Translations under genes and position numbers: made by a program | In this document: piece after piece, positions 1-14,300 of the stretch | Position numbering within the stretch: position 1 is the stretch's first letter | How the letters are laid out: the number at the start of each line of letters is the position of its first letter | The notes under the pieces: model-generated | Told to the model about the DNA's origin: nothing | Seen by the model: only the letters and a program-made list of their open reading frames with translations | Databases searched by the model: none | From: Octopus sinensis | Taxonomy: Eukaryota | NCBI RefSeq assembly: GCF_006345805.1 | Contig: NW_021831404.1 | Span: 62,001-126,000, forward strand | Direction: 5' to 3' | DNA length: 64,000 nucleotides

Positions 1-1101
1 TGTGATGTCATTCTAAAGATAAAGAATCACATTACTGAAATCTAAAACCTACAAGATAATATATGATTAATTCAAAACAATGTGAATAAAAATAAGTATC
101 GTTTGACAGAGTAATCCGAAAGCTAAAGGCTTGAGTCAAATATGATATCATTATTATTATTGAGTGAGAGAGCAGTGCATGCCATCAAAGTGACACTGAG
201 GTAAAATATACGAAGCCCACTATACCCATCATGACTACCCACCTGATAAGGGTACACTAGGCACATGCATCACAACCATATGTGCGCGACATGGTGATCT
301 CATATCAAGATAAACAGCGCATGACCTTGCAGGTGGGGCCCAGTTAGAATTTTCTTCTGGTCGAGTAACCCATCCCACTGAAAAGGTCCCTGAATAAGGG
401 TTGTTTAAGGATGTTGAAAAAACCACCCATATTTCCAAAGGTGAATTATTCAAACCCCAAAGAATCCATCTCAACACATGGCTATGATTCTCCCCCACTA
501 CTTCTGCTCTTGATCAAAGATGCACATATTGTCAGCCACTAAGGGACATGCTCAATTGGTTACGGTCAAACAACTGACAAGCAAATCTGTGGTATTAAGC
601 AGAATATTTGCTGTAGCCCATCTTTTATACCAAGACAAAACAATGTACATAATAACACTTCAATACAAGATAAGAAGCCATGAGAGCCACTGTCTGGTAC
701 TGCATCAGGGCATTCATTATTATTATTATTATTGTTATTATTATTATTATTACTGGGCCTCATGGAGGCAATGTGGGCAATGCTAGTGGCATGTATAAAG
801 CACCTTTCAAGCAGTGGGCTTCACAGAGTCAATGACAAATGACCGAGACCTTCAGGCATTGTCATGCTTGAGAAGAAGACCCAACAAGACAAGTGAAATC
901 ATAGTCATGGCAGAAACTGGTGGCACGCAACTGGCACCCATGCCAGTCGCAAGTAAAAGCACCCACTCTGAGTGGTTGGTATTAGGAAGGGCATCCAGCC
1001 ATAGAAACCATGCCAAATCAGACGGGCGTCAGTTATAGCCCCTCAGCTTACCAGCCCAGGTCAAACCAACCAACCCATCCAGCATGGACAACAGACGTTA
1101 A

Positions 1102-1104
<3 letters not shown>

Positions 1105-1163
<59 letters not shown>

Positions 1164-1173
1164 CGGCAGCAGT

Positions 1174-1228
<55 letters not shown>
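1105..1228. repeat. Compound (AGT)n/(AGC)n microsatellite
   Basis: Direct reading; explains the poly-Y/poly-C stretch in ORF 1061..1351. Confidence 0.95.
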
Positions 1229-1263
1229 AGTGATTCTCAAAACTTCCTCTATGATAAACATAC

Positions 1264-1308
1264 CTTTGTTTTTCCATGATATATGTGTAACCCCTTTTAA
1301 TAATGCAT
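1264..1308 (-). CDS. ZZEF1: Possible further ZZEF1 exon: (D)ALLKGVTHISWKNK
   Basis: 45 nt, phase 1-1, compatible with exon 34; ataattgtag acceptor, gtatgt donor; little recognisable similarity to human ZZEF1. Confidence 0.35.
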
Positions 1309-1443
1309 CTACAATTATATAATACGGGTACGACCCTTTCTTGTTACACATTTTCAGTCATTACATATTATATTCATATTTGACATTGCCGCAATCTCTA
1401 GTACTTGTTTTATATTAAAAATTATTCTACATTTAAAACTGTT

Positions 1444-1670
1444 TAACCCTTTCGTTACTGTATTTATTTTGAGATGCTCTGTGTTTCTTTCCATTACTTT
1501 AAATATAACAAAGAATTTAGTAAAATAACTTAGTTATCATTCAGCTAGTGTTAGGAACATATATTGTGACTAGGGTTTGGTGGAAGATTTTAATTCAAAA
1601 CTTATAGAAACAAGACATTTGTACTTAGAGTTAGAGCCGGTTTCAGCCGGGTTGGTAACGAAAGGGTTAA
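1444..1670. mobile_element. MITE family with taaccctttcgttac termini
   Basis: TIR ttaaccctttcgttac / gtaacgaaagggttaa; related copies at ~11660-11893, ~22890-23050, ~26578-26915 and ~47500-47670. Confidence 0.7.
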
Positions 1671-2349
1671 AAATACAACTACATGAGCATTAATTTAGAA
1701 ACAGAAATTATTTCATATTTAAACTTGTTCTATGTATAAAATTGTTTTACAAAATAAAAAATACATTTACAACAATATAACAAGCACAACTGTTTCAAAG
1801 TTCAATAAAATGTTGTGTTGGCAAGGAGTCATTTTGATAAGAAGCTGTGTCAATAACAAGTTGTGTTAATAAAATGCCATTCAATGCAAATTCATTCAAT
1901 TATGTTTTGGTCACTGAAAAGTTGTTTCAAAGCCCAAGCCAGCTTTCTTTCTTCCAACAAAGTTTATCTAGAACTTCATTATCTAATGTGTTTCCTTTTT
2001 TTATTCTTTTTTTAGTTAGCAGGCTGTGATTTGAGAGAGATTTGACTGCTATTACTACCCAGTTAAGTGATTATATTAAGTCATCCTCAATGGATTGTGC
2101 ATATTTACTGCATTCAAAATGGTAATTCAAAAGAAATACATTGAGTAGTATATTTCTAAACAGCAAGTGAACCCTCAGCTCTCTGTCCTCATCACGCAAA
2201 CCTTTAGCACTCAATCCTCAATCAATGCAAAGCCTCAGCTTTCAGGCCACATCATGCAAAACCTCAGTTCTCGGTCATCATCATGCAGTATCTCAGCCCT
2301 TATCTTACAAACCTTCAGCTCTCACTCATTCTGATGACAAAATACCTAC

Positions 2350-2491
2350 CTCCAGTTATACACGAGGCACAAAAATCAAGCGCAGAACACTGAAGGCATT
2401 TATAGTGGCTGTGTACGATCTTCTGGCAACTGTTGCATTCAAACTGCATTTCCAGAAGCATTGAGAATTTGGACATAAAAATCACCATGTC
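2350..2491 (-). CDS. ZZEF1: ZZEF1 exon 34, ZZ zinc finger: DMVIFMSKFSMLLEMQFECNSCQKIVHSHYKCLQCSALDFCASCITG
   Basis: 142 nt, phase 0-1; acceptor ttcttcgtttcag, donor gtaggt; CxxC...YxCxxCxxxDxCxxC ZZ signature. Confidence 0.95.
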
Positions 2492-5400
2492 CTGAAACGA
2501 AGAAAAGAGAAAAGAAAAAAATAATAAAATTAATATTAAATGTCAGTATTACAACCACTACAATAAAAAAAATTCTTTACTTCAAAACATGTTACAAAAA
2601 CTTATACACTTTCCAAGGTGTTCCAGGAACCTTTGACATTTGTTTTAACATCCATTTTTTCCATGCTGGCATGGGTTAGATGAATATGTTAATGAAGCAT
2701 ATTTATACAGCCTGTTACCCTTCCTGTCATGAAGTCCTACTTGTTTTTTTATGCAAGATATCTCATTTTATATGTCTTCAAAAGTAAAATGTCAGATGAT
2801 TTGTTGACAAAGTAAATAGCAACAATGTCACCACTTGTAGCTCAGTAATTCTGGGAACGGCACAAATGTCAACACACACAAGCACACGTGTTACTTTTAA
2901 GAGCTCAAACGATCACTTAGAGACATTCTCAATGGATTGTGGCATTTTTCAGTTGTTCAAATCTCCAACAACTTTTTATCATTTCCTTTTTTAACAATTT
3001 TTACCACTGGTTGGATAGGGGCTGAGTTTCCAAGGAATCAATGATAAGCATGAGATAGACCAGTGGTGGGTGAGGTGGGGGTCTACCATGCAGTACATTA
3101 TCAAATTAAATAGATATTCATTATACTGCATGAGAAACCAAGGTAAACAGGGACTTGTTTTTGTAGGTTTTCTTTTATTCATGCATTTTTTTCAATCTTA
3201 TTATGTAAGAAAAGAGACACTAGATATATCTTTCAAATTATGACGAAGAAGAAGAAGAGGAAGAGGAAGAGCAGCAGCAGCAGCAACAGCAACAACAACA
3301 ACAGCAGCAGCAGTTTCAAATTTTGCCACAAGAGCAGCCATTCTAAAGATGTGGATGAGTTGATAATATCAACCCCAGTGTTTCACTGGTACTTAATTTA
3401 TCAACCCTGAAAGGACGAAATGCAAAGTCGACCTCGGCGGAATTTGAACACAGAACGTAGCGGCAGACAAAATACCACTAAGTATTTCGCCTGGCGTGCT
3501 ATCAACTCTGCCAACTCGCTGCCTTCTTAACAATAATAATAATTATTATTCAAATTTTTGTCACAAGGGCAGCTTGGGGGGAGTTGGGGATGAGTCGATT
3601 ACATAGACCCCAATGTTCAACTGGTACTTATTTTATCGACCCCGAAAGGCTGAATGGCATGGTTCAGACCTCAGCAGAATTTGAACTCAGAATGTGAAGA
3701 CAGATGAAATGCCGCTAAGCATTTCGCCCGGCGTGCTAACAATTCTGCCAACTCGCCACCTTCATAATAATAATAATAATAATTGTAATAATAATGGTAG
3801 TTTCTGATGTGGGCACAGGGCTAGAAAAAATTTTAAAGGGCAAATGTTAGTGCTAACCAGTGACCCCACTCCACCCCTCCCAGTACTAAGCTAGCGCACC
3901 TTATTTTATTGACTCCAGAGGAAGGAAAAGCAGAGATGACCTCAGCTGAATTTGAACTCGAAACACAGAGCTATAATTATAAACCCCAAGGTATTTTGTC
4001 CAACACTAAACAATTCTGCCAACTGACCACCCTACATAATAACAATAATAATAATAATAATAATATTGGTTTCAAATTTTAGCACATGGCCAGTGCTCTT
4101 GTGGGGAGGGGCTAAGTTGATTAAACTGACCCCAGTATTAAACAGGTACTTATTTTATCAACCTCCAAAAGAATGAAAGGTAAAGTCAACCTCAGTGGAA
4201 TTTGAACTCACAACATAATGACATGAAATGCTGTCAAGCATTTTCCCGATACGCTGATGGTTCTACCAACTTGCTGACTTCAATCATCATCATCATCATC
4301 ATTTAGTGTCCGCTTTCCATGCTAGCATAGGTTGGACGGTTCAACTGGGGTCTGTTGAAGCCAGAAGGCTGCATCAGGCCCAGTCTGATCTGGCAGTGTT
4401 TCTATGGCTGGATGCCCTTCCACGGCCACGGACAGATGGTGCTTTTTACATGCCACCGGCACGGGCGCCAGGCGAGGCTGGCAACGGCTACGATCGGATG
4501 GTGCTTTTTCAATAACAATAATAATATTAAAATAATAATTCTTCTTTTTGAAAAGCTTGAATGTTCATCTTACCTTTTTCTCTGCACCCTTCTTCACCTC
4601 ATACATGTGCATAACATCCTGTCTGTCGATCTTCTTCAACAGTTTCATGTGTCTCTTGTACTCTTCCAGTTCTTCAGTCTCATCTATGTAATCAACCTGA
4701 CAGTTCTTTGTGATCATATTGTCTGCAAAGAAAGGTGAATATCATCATCATCATCAACATTTTACTTTCACTTTCCATCCAGGCATGGGTAAGACAAATT
4801 ATGAATATTATTATACTCTCTTTACTCTTTCACTTGTTTCAATCATTTGACTGTGGTCATGCTGGAGCACCGCCTTTAGTTGACCAAATCGACCCCAGGA
4901 CTTATTCTTTGTAAGCCTAGTACTTATTCTATCAGTCTCTTTTGCTGAACTGCTAAGTTACGGGGATGTAAACACACCAGCATTGGTTGTCAAGCGATGT
5001 TGGTGGGGACAAACACAGACACAAACACACACGTATATATATATACGACGGGCTTCTTTCAGTTTCCATCTACCAAATCCACTCACAAGGCCTTGGTTGG
5101 CCCGAGGCTATAGTAGAAGACACTTGCCCAAAGTGCCACGCAGTGGGACTGAACCCGGAACCATGTGGTTGGTAAGCAAGCTACTTACCACACAGCCACT
5201 CCTGCACCTAAAAATGGTTTATGCCCGCAGAGAGACTCGAACCCACGACCCTCAGATTACTTCTACATTGCCCTGTAAAAGTCTGATGCTCTACCGACTG
5301 AGCTACGTGGCTGGACTATAATAATGACATGGAATAATAATTACAATAATAATTATTATTCCATGTCAACAGGCCTACTTTGAGAATGTGCTTTTGAGTT

Positions 5401-6292
5401 TCCAAGGCTGAGAAAGAAAGATGGGGAGAGGGCTGTTGCCCTAGTGGTTGGGGCACTTGTGGATTCTTGGGGTCTCCCTGAGTAGCCCTGAGTTGCTTGC
5501 CTCTTTTAGGCCTTTCCTTTGTTATATTTTCCATTGTTATCGACTTTTTGCACAACACTTTATGTAACCCCACTTTGTCCTTCGTGTTTTGTAATGTCCA
5601 ACCTTATTTCTGTTGGCTTTTGTGGCTAATAAAGAAAGGATTATTATTACTTTTATTATTATTAATATTATTATTATTATTATTAAGTCAGCAAGTTGGC
5701 AGAATTGTTAGCACGCTGGGGAAAATGCTTAGCGACATTTCTTTTGGCTTTATGTTCTGAGTTCATATTATGCACCTGTGCTGGTGCCACTTGACAAGCA
5801 CCCATTCTGGCTCCATGCAAAAAGCACCCGTTCTGGTGCCACTTGAAAAGCACTCAGTACACACTGTAAAGTGGTTGACGATAGGAAGGGCATTCAGCCA
5901 TAGAAACCATTCCAAATCAGACAACTAGAGCCCAGTACAGTTCTCCAGCTTACCAACTCCTGTCAAACTGTCCGACTCATGCCAACAGGAAAAAACGGAT
6001 GTTAAACGATGATGATTATTATTATCATCATCATCATAAAGTTGGCAAGCTGGCAGAATTATTAGCATGTTTACCAGTGTTGAGTTGCATCTCTTCATGT
6101 CAAAACTATCAAATCTATAACATGGCAGTTTCATAAATAGAAATCAATAGCATAAGTATGGAGGTCAACATGATCAAGTAAAACCTCAAAGGTCAATGCT
6201 CCAGCATGGCAACAGTCCAGTAACTGAAACTAGTAAAAGAACAGATATAAAAATGTGTAGATATGTTTTTATCATAATCATCATCACTATTG

Positions 6293-6329
<37 letters not shown>

Positions 6330-8335
6330 TATTATTATTATTGTGGCAAGCTGGCAGAATTGTTAGCACACCGGCCAAAATTCTTTGCAGCATTCTGGCC
6401 ATCCTTACATTCTGAGTTCAAATTCTGCCAAAGTCAACTTTGCCTTTCATCCTTTCGGGGTCGATAAATTAAGTACCAGTTGCATACAGGAGTCGATCTA
6501 ATCGACTGCCCTGCATATAGTAGAACAGATTATTATTATTATTATAATTATTATTAAGGTGGCAAGTGGGGAGAATCGTTTACACAGGGGGAAAAAAACT
6601 TTGTGACATTTCATCTGTTTTTACATTCTGAGTTCAAATTCCGCCGAGGTTGACTTTGCCTTCCATCCTTTCAGGGTCAATAAAATAAGTACCAGTTATG
6701 CACTGGGGTCGATGTAATTGACTATCCCTCTCACATAAAATTTCAGGCCTTGTGCCTATCATAGAAAGGATTATTATTATTATTACTATTATTATTATTA
6801 TCATCATCATCATCATCAGTATTAAGAATAAAGAACTTACCTTTTGCCATATTGAAAAGGAAAGTTGCTAAGTCTGTCTTTGTTAGAAAGACTAGATCAT
6901 TCATCTGAAAATAGAAACAGAGATGAAGGATACAAAACTGAGAAAAAAGGGAGAAAACAAGAAAAAGTTACCCGACAAACTCAAGATAACAATGGTTTTG
7001 AATCATTGTTAAGGTAAGACTAATGTATTAGGTACCTAACAGGAAATATGTGATAAAAATCATGTAACTACATAGCAAAGCCAAGCCATTAATGCTCCCG
7101 CAACTATATATAGGCGGCGAGCTGGCAGACACGTTAGCGCGCCGGGCGAAATGCTTAGCAGTATTTCGTCTGTCGTCACGTTCTGAGTTCAAATTCCGCC
7201 GAGGTCGACTTTGCCTTTCATCCTTTCGGGGTCGATAAATAAAGTACCAGTTTCGCACTGGGGTCTATGTAATCGACTTAATCCCTTTGTCTGTCCTTGT
7301 TTGTCCCCTCTATGTTTAGCTCCTTGTGGGCAATAAAGAGATATATATATCCATGCATGCATGTGTGTGTGTGTGTGTGTGTGTGAAAGGAAGAAAAGAC
7401 TCCATTCAGTCGTGAATGACCATATGTACAAACTAACAATCATTGGTCCAGCAGTGGGTGGGAATCACATACACACTCACACATGTCAGGCTTCCTCACA
7501 GTTTTCATCTGTCACTCGTAAGACTCTGGACAGCCTGTGGCCATGGAAGTAGACACTTTTCCAGTGGATCTGAACCTGCACAGTGGATCTGAACCTGAAA
7601 CCGTGTGGTTACAAAAGAAGCTTCTTAACTACACAGCTATGCCTGGTGCATGGCTCAGTGGTTAGAGCATCTGACTAATAATCATGTGGTAGTGAGTTCG
7701 ATTCCCAGACCGGGCTGTATGTTGTGCTATTGAAAGTTACCCACCTAGAAAGTTACCCCTAGAGGCACAAGTACAGGCAAGGTTGTTTGTGGAAGACCAG
7801 TAGTCACCCATGCATACCAACCTCCGATGTTATCCAAGGGAAAAGCAAAAGCCGATACAGCTTGGCACCAGTAACATCGCAACTCATTTCCACAGCTGAG
7901 TGAAACTGGAGCAATGTGGAATAAAGTGTCTTGCTCAAGAACACAACATACAGCCCAGTCCGGGAATTGAACATACTACCACATGATTGCAAGCCGAATG
8001 CTCAAACAATTGCCATCTACTCGCAATACCAGAGGGCACACACTCTCCTACCCTGATGTAATCTCCAGGGATACAGGCATCCAGCAACAGGACCTCCGTA
8101 ATGCTATGATGGACCGTGAAGTCTGGCGTAACATAGTAAATTCCATTGTCCCAACCACGGTCGAACAATGATGAAATGATAGCTGTGTAGTTAAGAAGCT
8201 TCCTTTGTAACCACATGGTTTCAGGTTCAGTCCCACTGTGCAGCACTCTGGGAAAGTGTCAACTTCTATGGCCACAGGCTGACCAGAGCCTTACAAATGA
8301 CAAATGGAAACTGTGACGAAGCCTGACATGTGTGA

Positions 8336-8371
<36 letters not shown>

Positions 8372-11300
8372 TCCCCACCTACTACTGGACCAACTATTCT
8401 TAGTTTGTATACACCCCTGTAAACTATGTTCAAGGCGATGCTGCAGCATGGCAACAACCCTATGACTCAAACAAGCAAGAGACACAATGTATGACCCAGG
8501 GCAGCAAGCTGACAGAATCATTAGTACACAGACAAAATGTTTGCTCAAAATGCTTAGCAGAAGTTTGTCCGTCTTTACATTCAGAGTTCAAATTCGGCTG
8601 AGGTCAGCTTTGCCTTTCAGCCTTTTGGAGTCAATAAAATAAGTACCAGCTGAGCACCGGGGTCAATATAATTGACTTAGCTCCACCCCCGAAATTGCTG
8701 GCCTTGTGCCAAAATTTGAAACCATTATTATAATTATAATTAAGGCGCTGAACTGGCAATCTCGTTAGCATGCCAGACAAAATGCTTGGCAGTAACTCAT
8801 TCATCTCTGCATTCATCATCATCATCATCACTTAACATCCGCTGTCCATGCTGGCATAGGTTGGACAGTTTGACCAGGCTGGCATGCTGGATGCCCTTCC
8901 TAATGCCAACCACACCAAGAGTGCAATAGGTGCTTTTACATGTCACCAGCACAGGTGCCAATTTGCGTGACACCAGGATGCTTTTAGATGCCACTGGCAC
9001 AGGTGCCAATTTGCATGACACCAGGGTGCTTTTAGATGCCACTGGCACAGGTGCCAATTTGCATGATACGGGGATGTTTTTACATTCCATTGGCACAGGT
9101 GCCAATTTGTGTGACCCCAAGCATGACAATCTGAGTTCAAATTCTGCCAAGATTGACTTAGCCTTTCATCCTTTCAATAAAATAAGTACCACTCAAATAC
9201 TGGGGTCCAATCAAATCAAGTAGCCCCTTCCCCCAAATCTCAAAGCCTTGGGCCTATAGTAACAAATGATTGTTAGTATTATTATCATTTAGTATGTCTT
9301 AATATTTCCAGCCTTACCTGCCAATGGATGTCCAAGATGTGGAGCAAGAAAGCTTGATAGCAATTGAATGCTTGGTTCTTTACACTGAAATATAATCAAA
9401 AATTGGTCATTAATCATTTGAACTAGTTTGTTGATTGCTCCACCACCTTAATTATCCTCCGCCTTAGCGAAGGCAGAGGTATTGTTTTCAGTCTCCATTG
9501 AAGTCTAATGTCGGCTCCGTACCAATTAGATAATACAGTTCTATATTTAAGAAATGAGGAATTAGGTACATTACATTTGACAGCTATTTGTTCTCATCTT
9601 GTTTGTTGTTATCTCAACATTTCGGCTGATATACCCTCCAGCCTTCATCAGGTGTCTTGGGGAAATTTCGAACCTGGGTTCTCATTCCTAAGGTATTTTC
9701 CAATGTTATTATTCTTATTATTCTTATTATTATTATTCAGGTCACTGCCTGGAATCTAAATTCGGAATCTTGGGGTTAGTAACCTGCACTCTTAACCACC
9801 ATGCCATATGCCCGTGGGCAGTTATGGAGTGAATTTTAGGGCTTATAAATCTAATATTTTCCTATCCTTCCTCAATACCAGTTCCCATATGCTATTCATA
9901 TCTGCACTCAGTCTGCAAAGGAGGTTGTTGTGTCCTAGCATATGTTCTGCTTCTTTTAGTTTTCGTATTAGCTTCTTTCTTTCTTTTTTTTTATTATTAC
10001 CTTGATGTGTATTAAGGAATTAACTCATGTCTCCTACACCCTATTGTCTTGTATGCTTATTTCTGTTGTGAGCAAGGAATAAATTGTGTTTGTTAACCAA
10101 AAACATTACCTTCACGTATTTATCGTTACCTTTATGTAAAACATGCATTTATACATTTCAAACCTTCTTACGTGCACACATCTAAATATACTTCCTAAAC
10201 TGGTTTAAGCCCAACTCTTAATTTACTTCTTGTTACATACATAAGCATGCAGGATTCATGAATGCATATATTTGAGGGTAAATAAATTTGTGGTTGAAAG
10301 AGGAGCATCTGCATGATTGAATGTGTGTGTGTGTGTGTCCATGTTTTTGTATTCACATGTAAGTTTACGTACACACACATGCATGTGTTACTCAGTGTAT
10401 ACATATATATATATGTGTGTCAGTGAATGCATATAAGTATGTCTACATGTGCGTAGGTCTCTATAAGTGTGTGTATGCTTGTGTATGTGTGGGTGTCTAC
10501 ATGTCAGTACTTGTATAGGCATGTGTGTGTGTGTGTGTACATGTCAGTGTGTGTGTGTGTGTTGATGTGTATGTACATATGTGTCAGTGCATGTATAGAT
10601 ATAGGTGTGTCTGTGTGTGTGTGTGTGTGTGAGAGAGTTTTAAAATTCAACACTCACCGTGATAGTTTCTGCTTCTTGCAGACGTAGAAAGCCTCCAACA
10701 GCTTCTCAACAAGTTTGTAGAAGGCGTCTCGGATTTTGTTTTCAAGTTCTAAACCACAGCCGTCTAGTGCTTGACAACAATGCAGTGAAGTTGTTTGATG
10801 AGACAACAACTCTTGCAGGAACACAATTATTGGAATCTTCCAGAAAAGAATATCAAAAATAAACAACAAAATTGATTGAATTTTTTTTTTTTTTCAAAAT
10901 CAGAAGCAGATCACAAAGACATGGCAAAAGCAAAAGAAAGGTTTGTATACAAAGTCTTCATTCTCAGACACAAGACAAATGAAGCTATACATCAGTGGTT
11001 CTCATCCAGAGCTCATACAACCGTTAGGGTTCCATATAAAATTTTCTTGTTAAAATTTCATCATCATCATCGTTTAACGTCCGCTTTCCATGCTAGCATG
11101 GGTTGGACGATTTGAGTGAGGACTGGTAAACCAGATGGCTGCACCAGACTCCAATCTGAATCTCGCAGAGTTTCTACAGCTGGATGCCCTTCCTAACGCC
11201 AACCACTCCGAGAGTGTAGTGGGTGCTTTTATGTGCCACCAGCACAAGGGCCAGTCAGGCGATACTAGCAATGGCCACGCTCAAATGGTGATTTTTACGT

Positions 11301-14300
11301 GCCACCTGCACAGGAGCCAGTCCAGCAGCACTGGCAACGACCTCAATTAGATGTTTTTTCACATGCCACCAGCACAAGTGCGAGTAAGGCAACGCTGGTG
11401 ACGATCGCGCTCGAATGGTGCTTTTTACGTCCCACCGCCACGGAAGCCAGTCAGCTGCTCTGGCAACAATCATGCTCAGATAACAAAGAATTTAGTAAAA
11501 TAACTTAGTTATCATTAAGATGATGTTAGGGAGCATAAATTGTGACGAAGGTTTGGTGGAAGATTTTAATTCAAAACTTATGAAAACAAGACATTTGTAC
11601 TCAGAGCCAGAGGCAGTTTCAACCTGGTTGGTAATGAAAGAATTAAATTAATCATTTGCTAACCCTTTTGTTACCATATTTCTGTTGAGATGCTCTGTGT
11701 TTCTTTAACTTTATATTTAATTTTAAATATAACAAAGAATTTAGTAAAATAACTTAGTTATCATTTAGCTAGTGTTAGGAGCATAAATTGTGACTAAGGT
11801 TTGGTGAAAGATTTTAATTCAGAACTTATGAAAATAAGACATTTGTACTACAGAACCAGAGGTGGTTTCAGCCGGGCTGGTAACGAAAGGGGACTAAAAA
11901 CTGGGGGGTTTTCTTGAATATGCTGATATGTCTTTTGTGTCATCAAATACTCTACATACAAGTACCTGTGTGTGTGTGTGTCTTAGATATTCCATAATTA
12001 ACTCAACAATACACATATTATGAAAGAAAAACTACAACAACAACAGCAAGAAGATGAAATGAGTGAGTATTTATGCAGATACTTATCATAGTCACCATTT
12101 AACATCCATTTTCCATGCTGGCATGGATTGGACAGCTTGACAGAAGCTGGTCAGCCGAAGAGCTGCACGAGGCTTTAATTGTGTTTTACACACTTTACAG
12201 AGTGTACTGGGTGCTCTCTATGTAACACCAGCACAGGTGCTTTATAGGCGGAATCGGTACAGGTGCTCTTTACATGGCACCGGCACAGGTGTTTCTTACA
12301 TGGGTGTTAAATAGCATCCAAATTTCCCTCAAATCACACACACACACACACACCTGATGTGAAAAAGGAAAGACACACTGCATAATGCAGTCCCTGATAT
12401 GCCAAATGAAGTGATAGTCACCGCTGAGAGCATTTTAATCAAAGGTCTGCTTAATCAGGGTCAACCTGTGATAAAACAACATAACAACAATAACAACAAC
12501 AGTCAAGCAGGTGTATATATGTCATTATCTCACCTGTAGAATATCACCTTGGTCACTCATCTTCGTAATAAATTCACAGATAAAGTTGTAGATGTCCCCC
12601 AACACTTGGGCATATTCCGACCGCTCCTTCAACATTTTCTTCACCCTAATTACAAAAGAGTGGAACAGAAAGAGAATTCGGTTATTTTCATTGACAGAAG
12701 CAACAACAGTAACAGACATTCATGGTTGGTTACAGACAGCTGACTCTTCTCACTGGCAATGTCATAAATTTTATATTCTAGCAGATAGTACAAAAATTAA
12801 ATTTTCAAAAAAAGAAATATTTTTAACCCTTTGGTTTTTAAGCCGGCCATATCCGGCCCAAATATCCAACATGTTTTACATTCAAACTGGCCATATCTAG
12901 CCCCTCACACCTAACCTACATTGACATTCTAAGAATAAACTATCACACCATCGAAACTTCAAAGCTGTAAGATAATGTATGATTAATTGAAAATAATTTG
13001 AGTGAAAAAAGTATTACATTTAACAGATTAAACTGAACACTAAAGGGTTAAATACAATTATATACACTCACACAGAATTATTTACACTCATAGATATGCT
13101 ATATACATTCATATAATAAGAGCACTCCGTAGGTTATGACGACGAGGGTCCCAGCTGATACGATCAACAGAATAGCTTGCTCATGAAATTAACATGCAAG
13201 GAGCTGAGCATTCCATAGACATGTGTACCCTTAACGTAGTTCGCATGGAGATCCAGCATGACACAGAGCGTGACAAGGCTGGCCCTTTGAAATACAGGTA
13301 CTACTCATTTTTGCCGGCTGAGTGGACTGGAGCAATGTGAAATAAAGCGTCTTGCTCAAGGACACAACGCGTCACTGGGAATCAAACTCACAACCTTACA
13401 ATCATGAGCCAAATGCCCTAACCACAAAGCCACGTGCCCTCACTCATTCATACATGCAGTTATATATACACATACACATTTATAGAGAACATATATGCAG
13501 TGATTTTCACTCAGATACATCAAGCCGAGCAAAATTGCAGTCGTGGCAGATACCGGTGTCATGCAAATTGGCATCTGTGCCAGTGGCACATAAACACACC
13601 CCTGTGTCATGCGAAAGGCACCTGTGCTGGTGGCACGTAAAAGCACCCGTTATACTCGTGAAGTGGTTGGCGTTAGGAAGAGCATCCAGCTGTAGAAACC
13701 CATGCCAAATCAGGCTGGAGTCTGGTGCAGCCTTCCAGTGGGCCAGCCTGGTCAAACCATCTAATCCATGCCAGCATGGACAACGGACATTAAATGATGA
13801 TGATGATGATGAGGATGATTATATACTCATACACACAATTATATATACTTATACACAGTTATACAACACACATGGAATTATTTATACTCACAGACACAGC
13901 TAAATACATTCATGCATGCAGTCATACACACTCACACACAGTTGTATATATTCATACACAGTTATAGACATGTATATGCAGTTAGTTACATTCATAGACA
14001 ATTATATACATTCATACACACAGTTCTATAGACACACATTCAGTTACTTAGACTCATAGACACAGTTATATACATTCAAACATGTAGTTCTATACACTCA
14101 TACATACCATCATATGATGATGATTGTTTCATCTTGACAGATGAAAGCTGTCCCATTAACACACACACCACACCCCATCACAATGACTCCGCTGATGAGC
14201 CCTTAGATGACTTTTAAGACCAGCTGCTGACTGACAAGGTTTAAAACACAAGTGACAGATATTATTCAAGTTTCTTCTATTTCTTTGCCCTTTGGAATGA

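Noticed and set aside
566-763. Cys-containing ORF as a second ZZ finger exon
   Set aside because: It has no ZZ spacing and no pyrimidine tract; the upstream part is an AAT microsatellite.
13352-13903. Longest ORF in the track (183 aa)
   Set aside because: It is a chance read-through across an antisense SINE-C, low-complexity DNA and a (GAT)n-tailed repeat.
14178-14225. Plus-strand CTGATGAgcccttag... hammerhead candidate
   Set aside because: There is no GAAA core after stem II; at best a deleted remnant.
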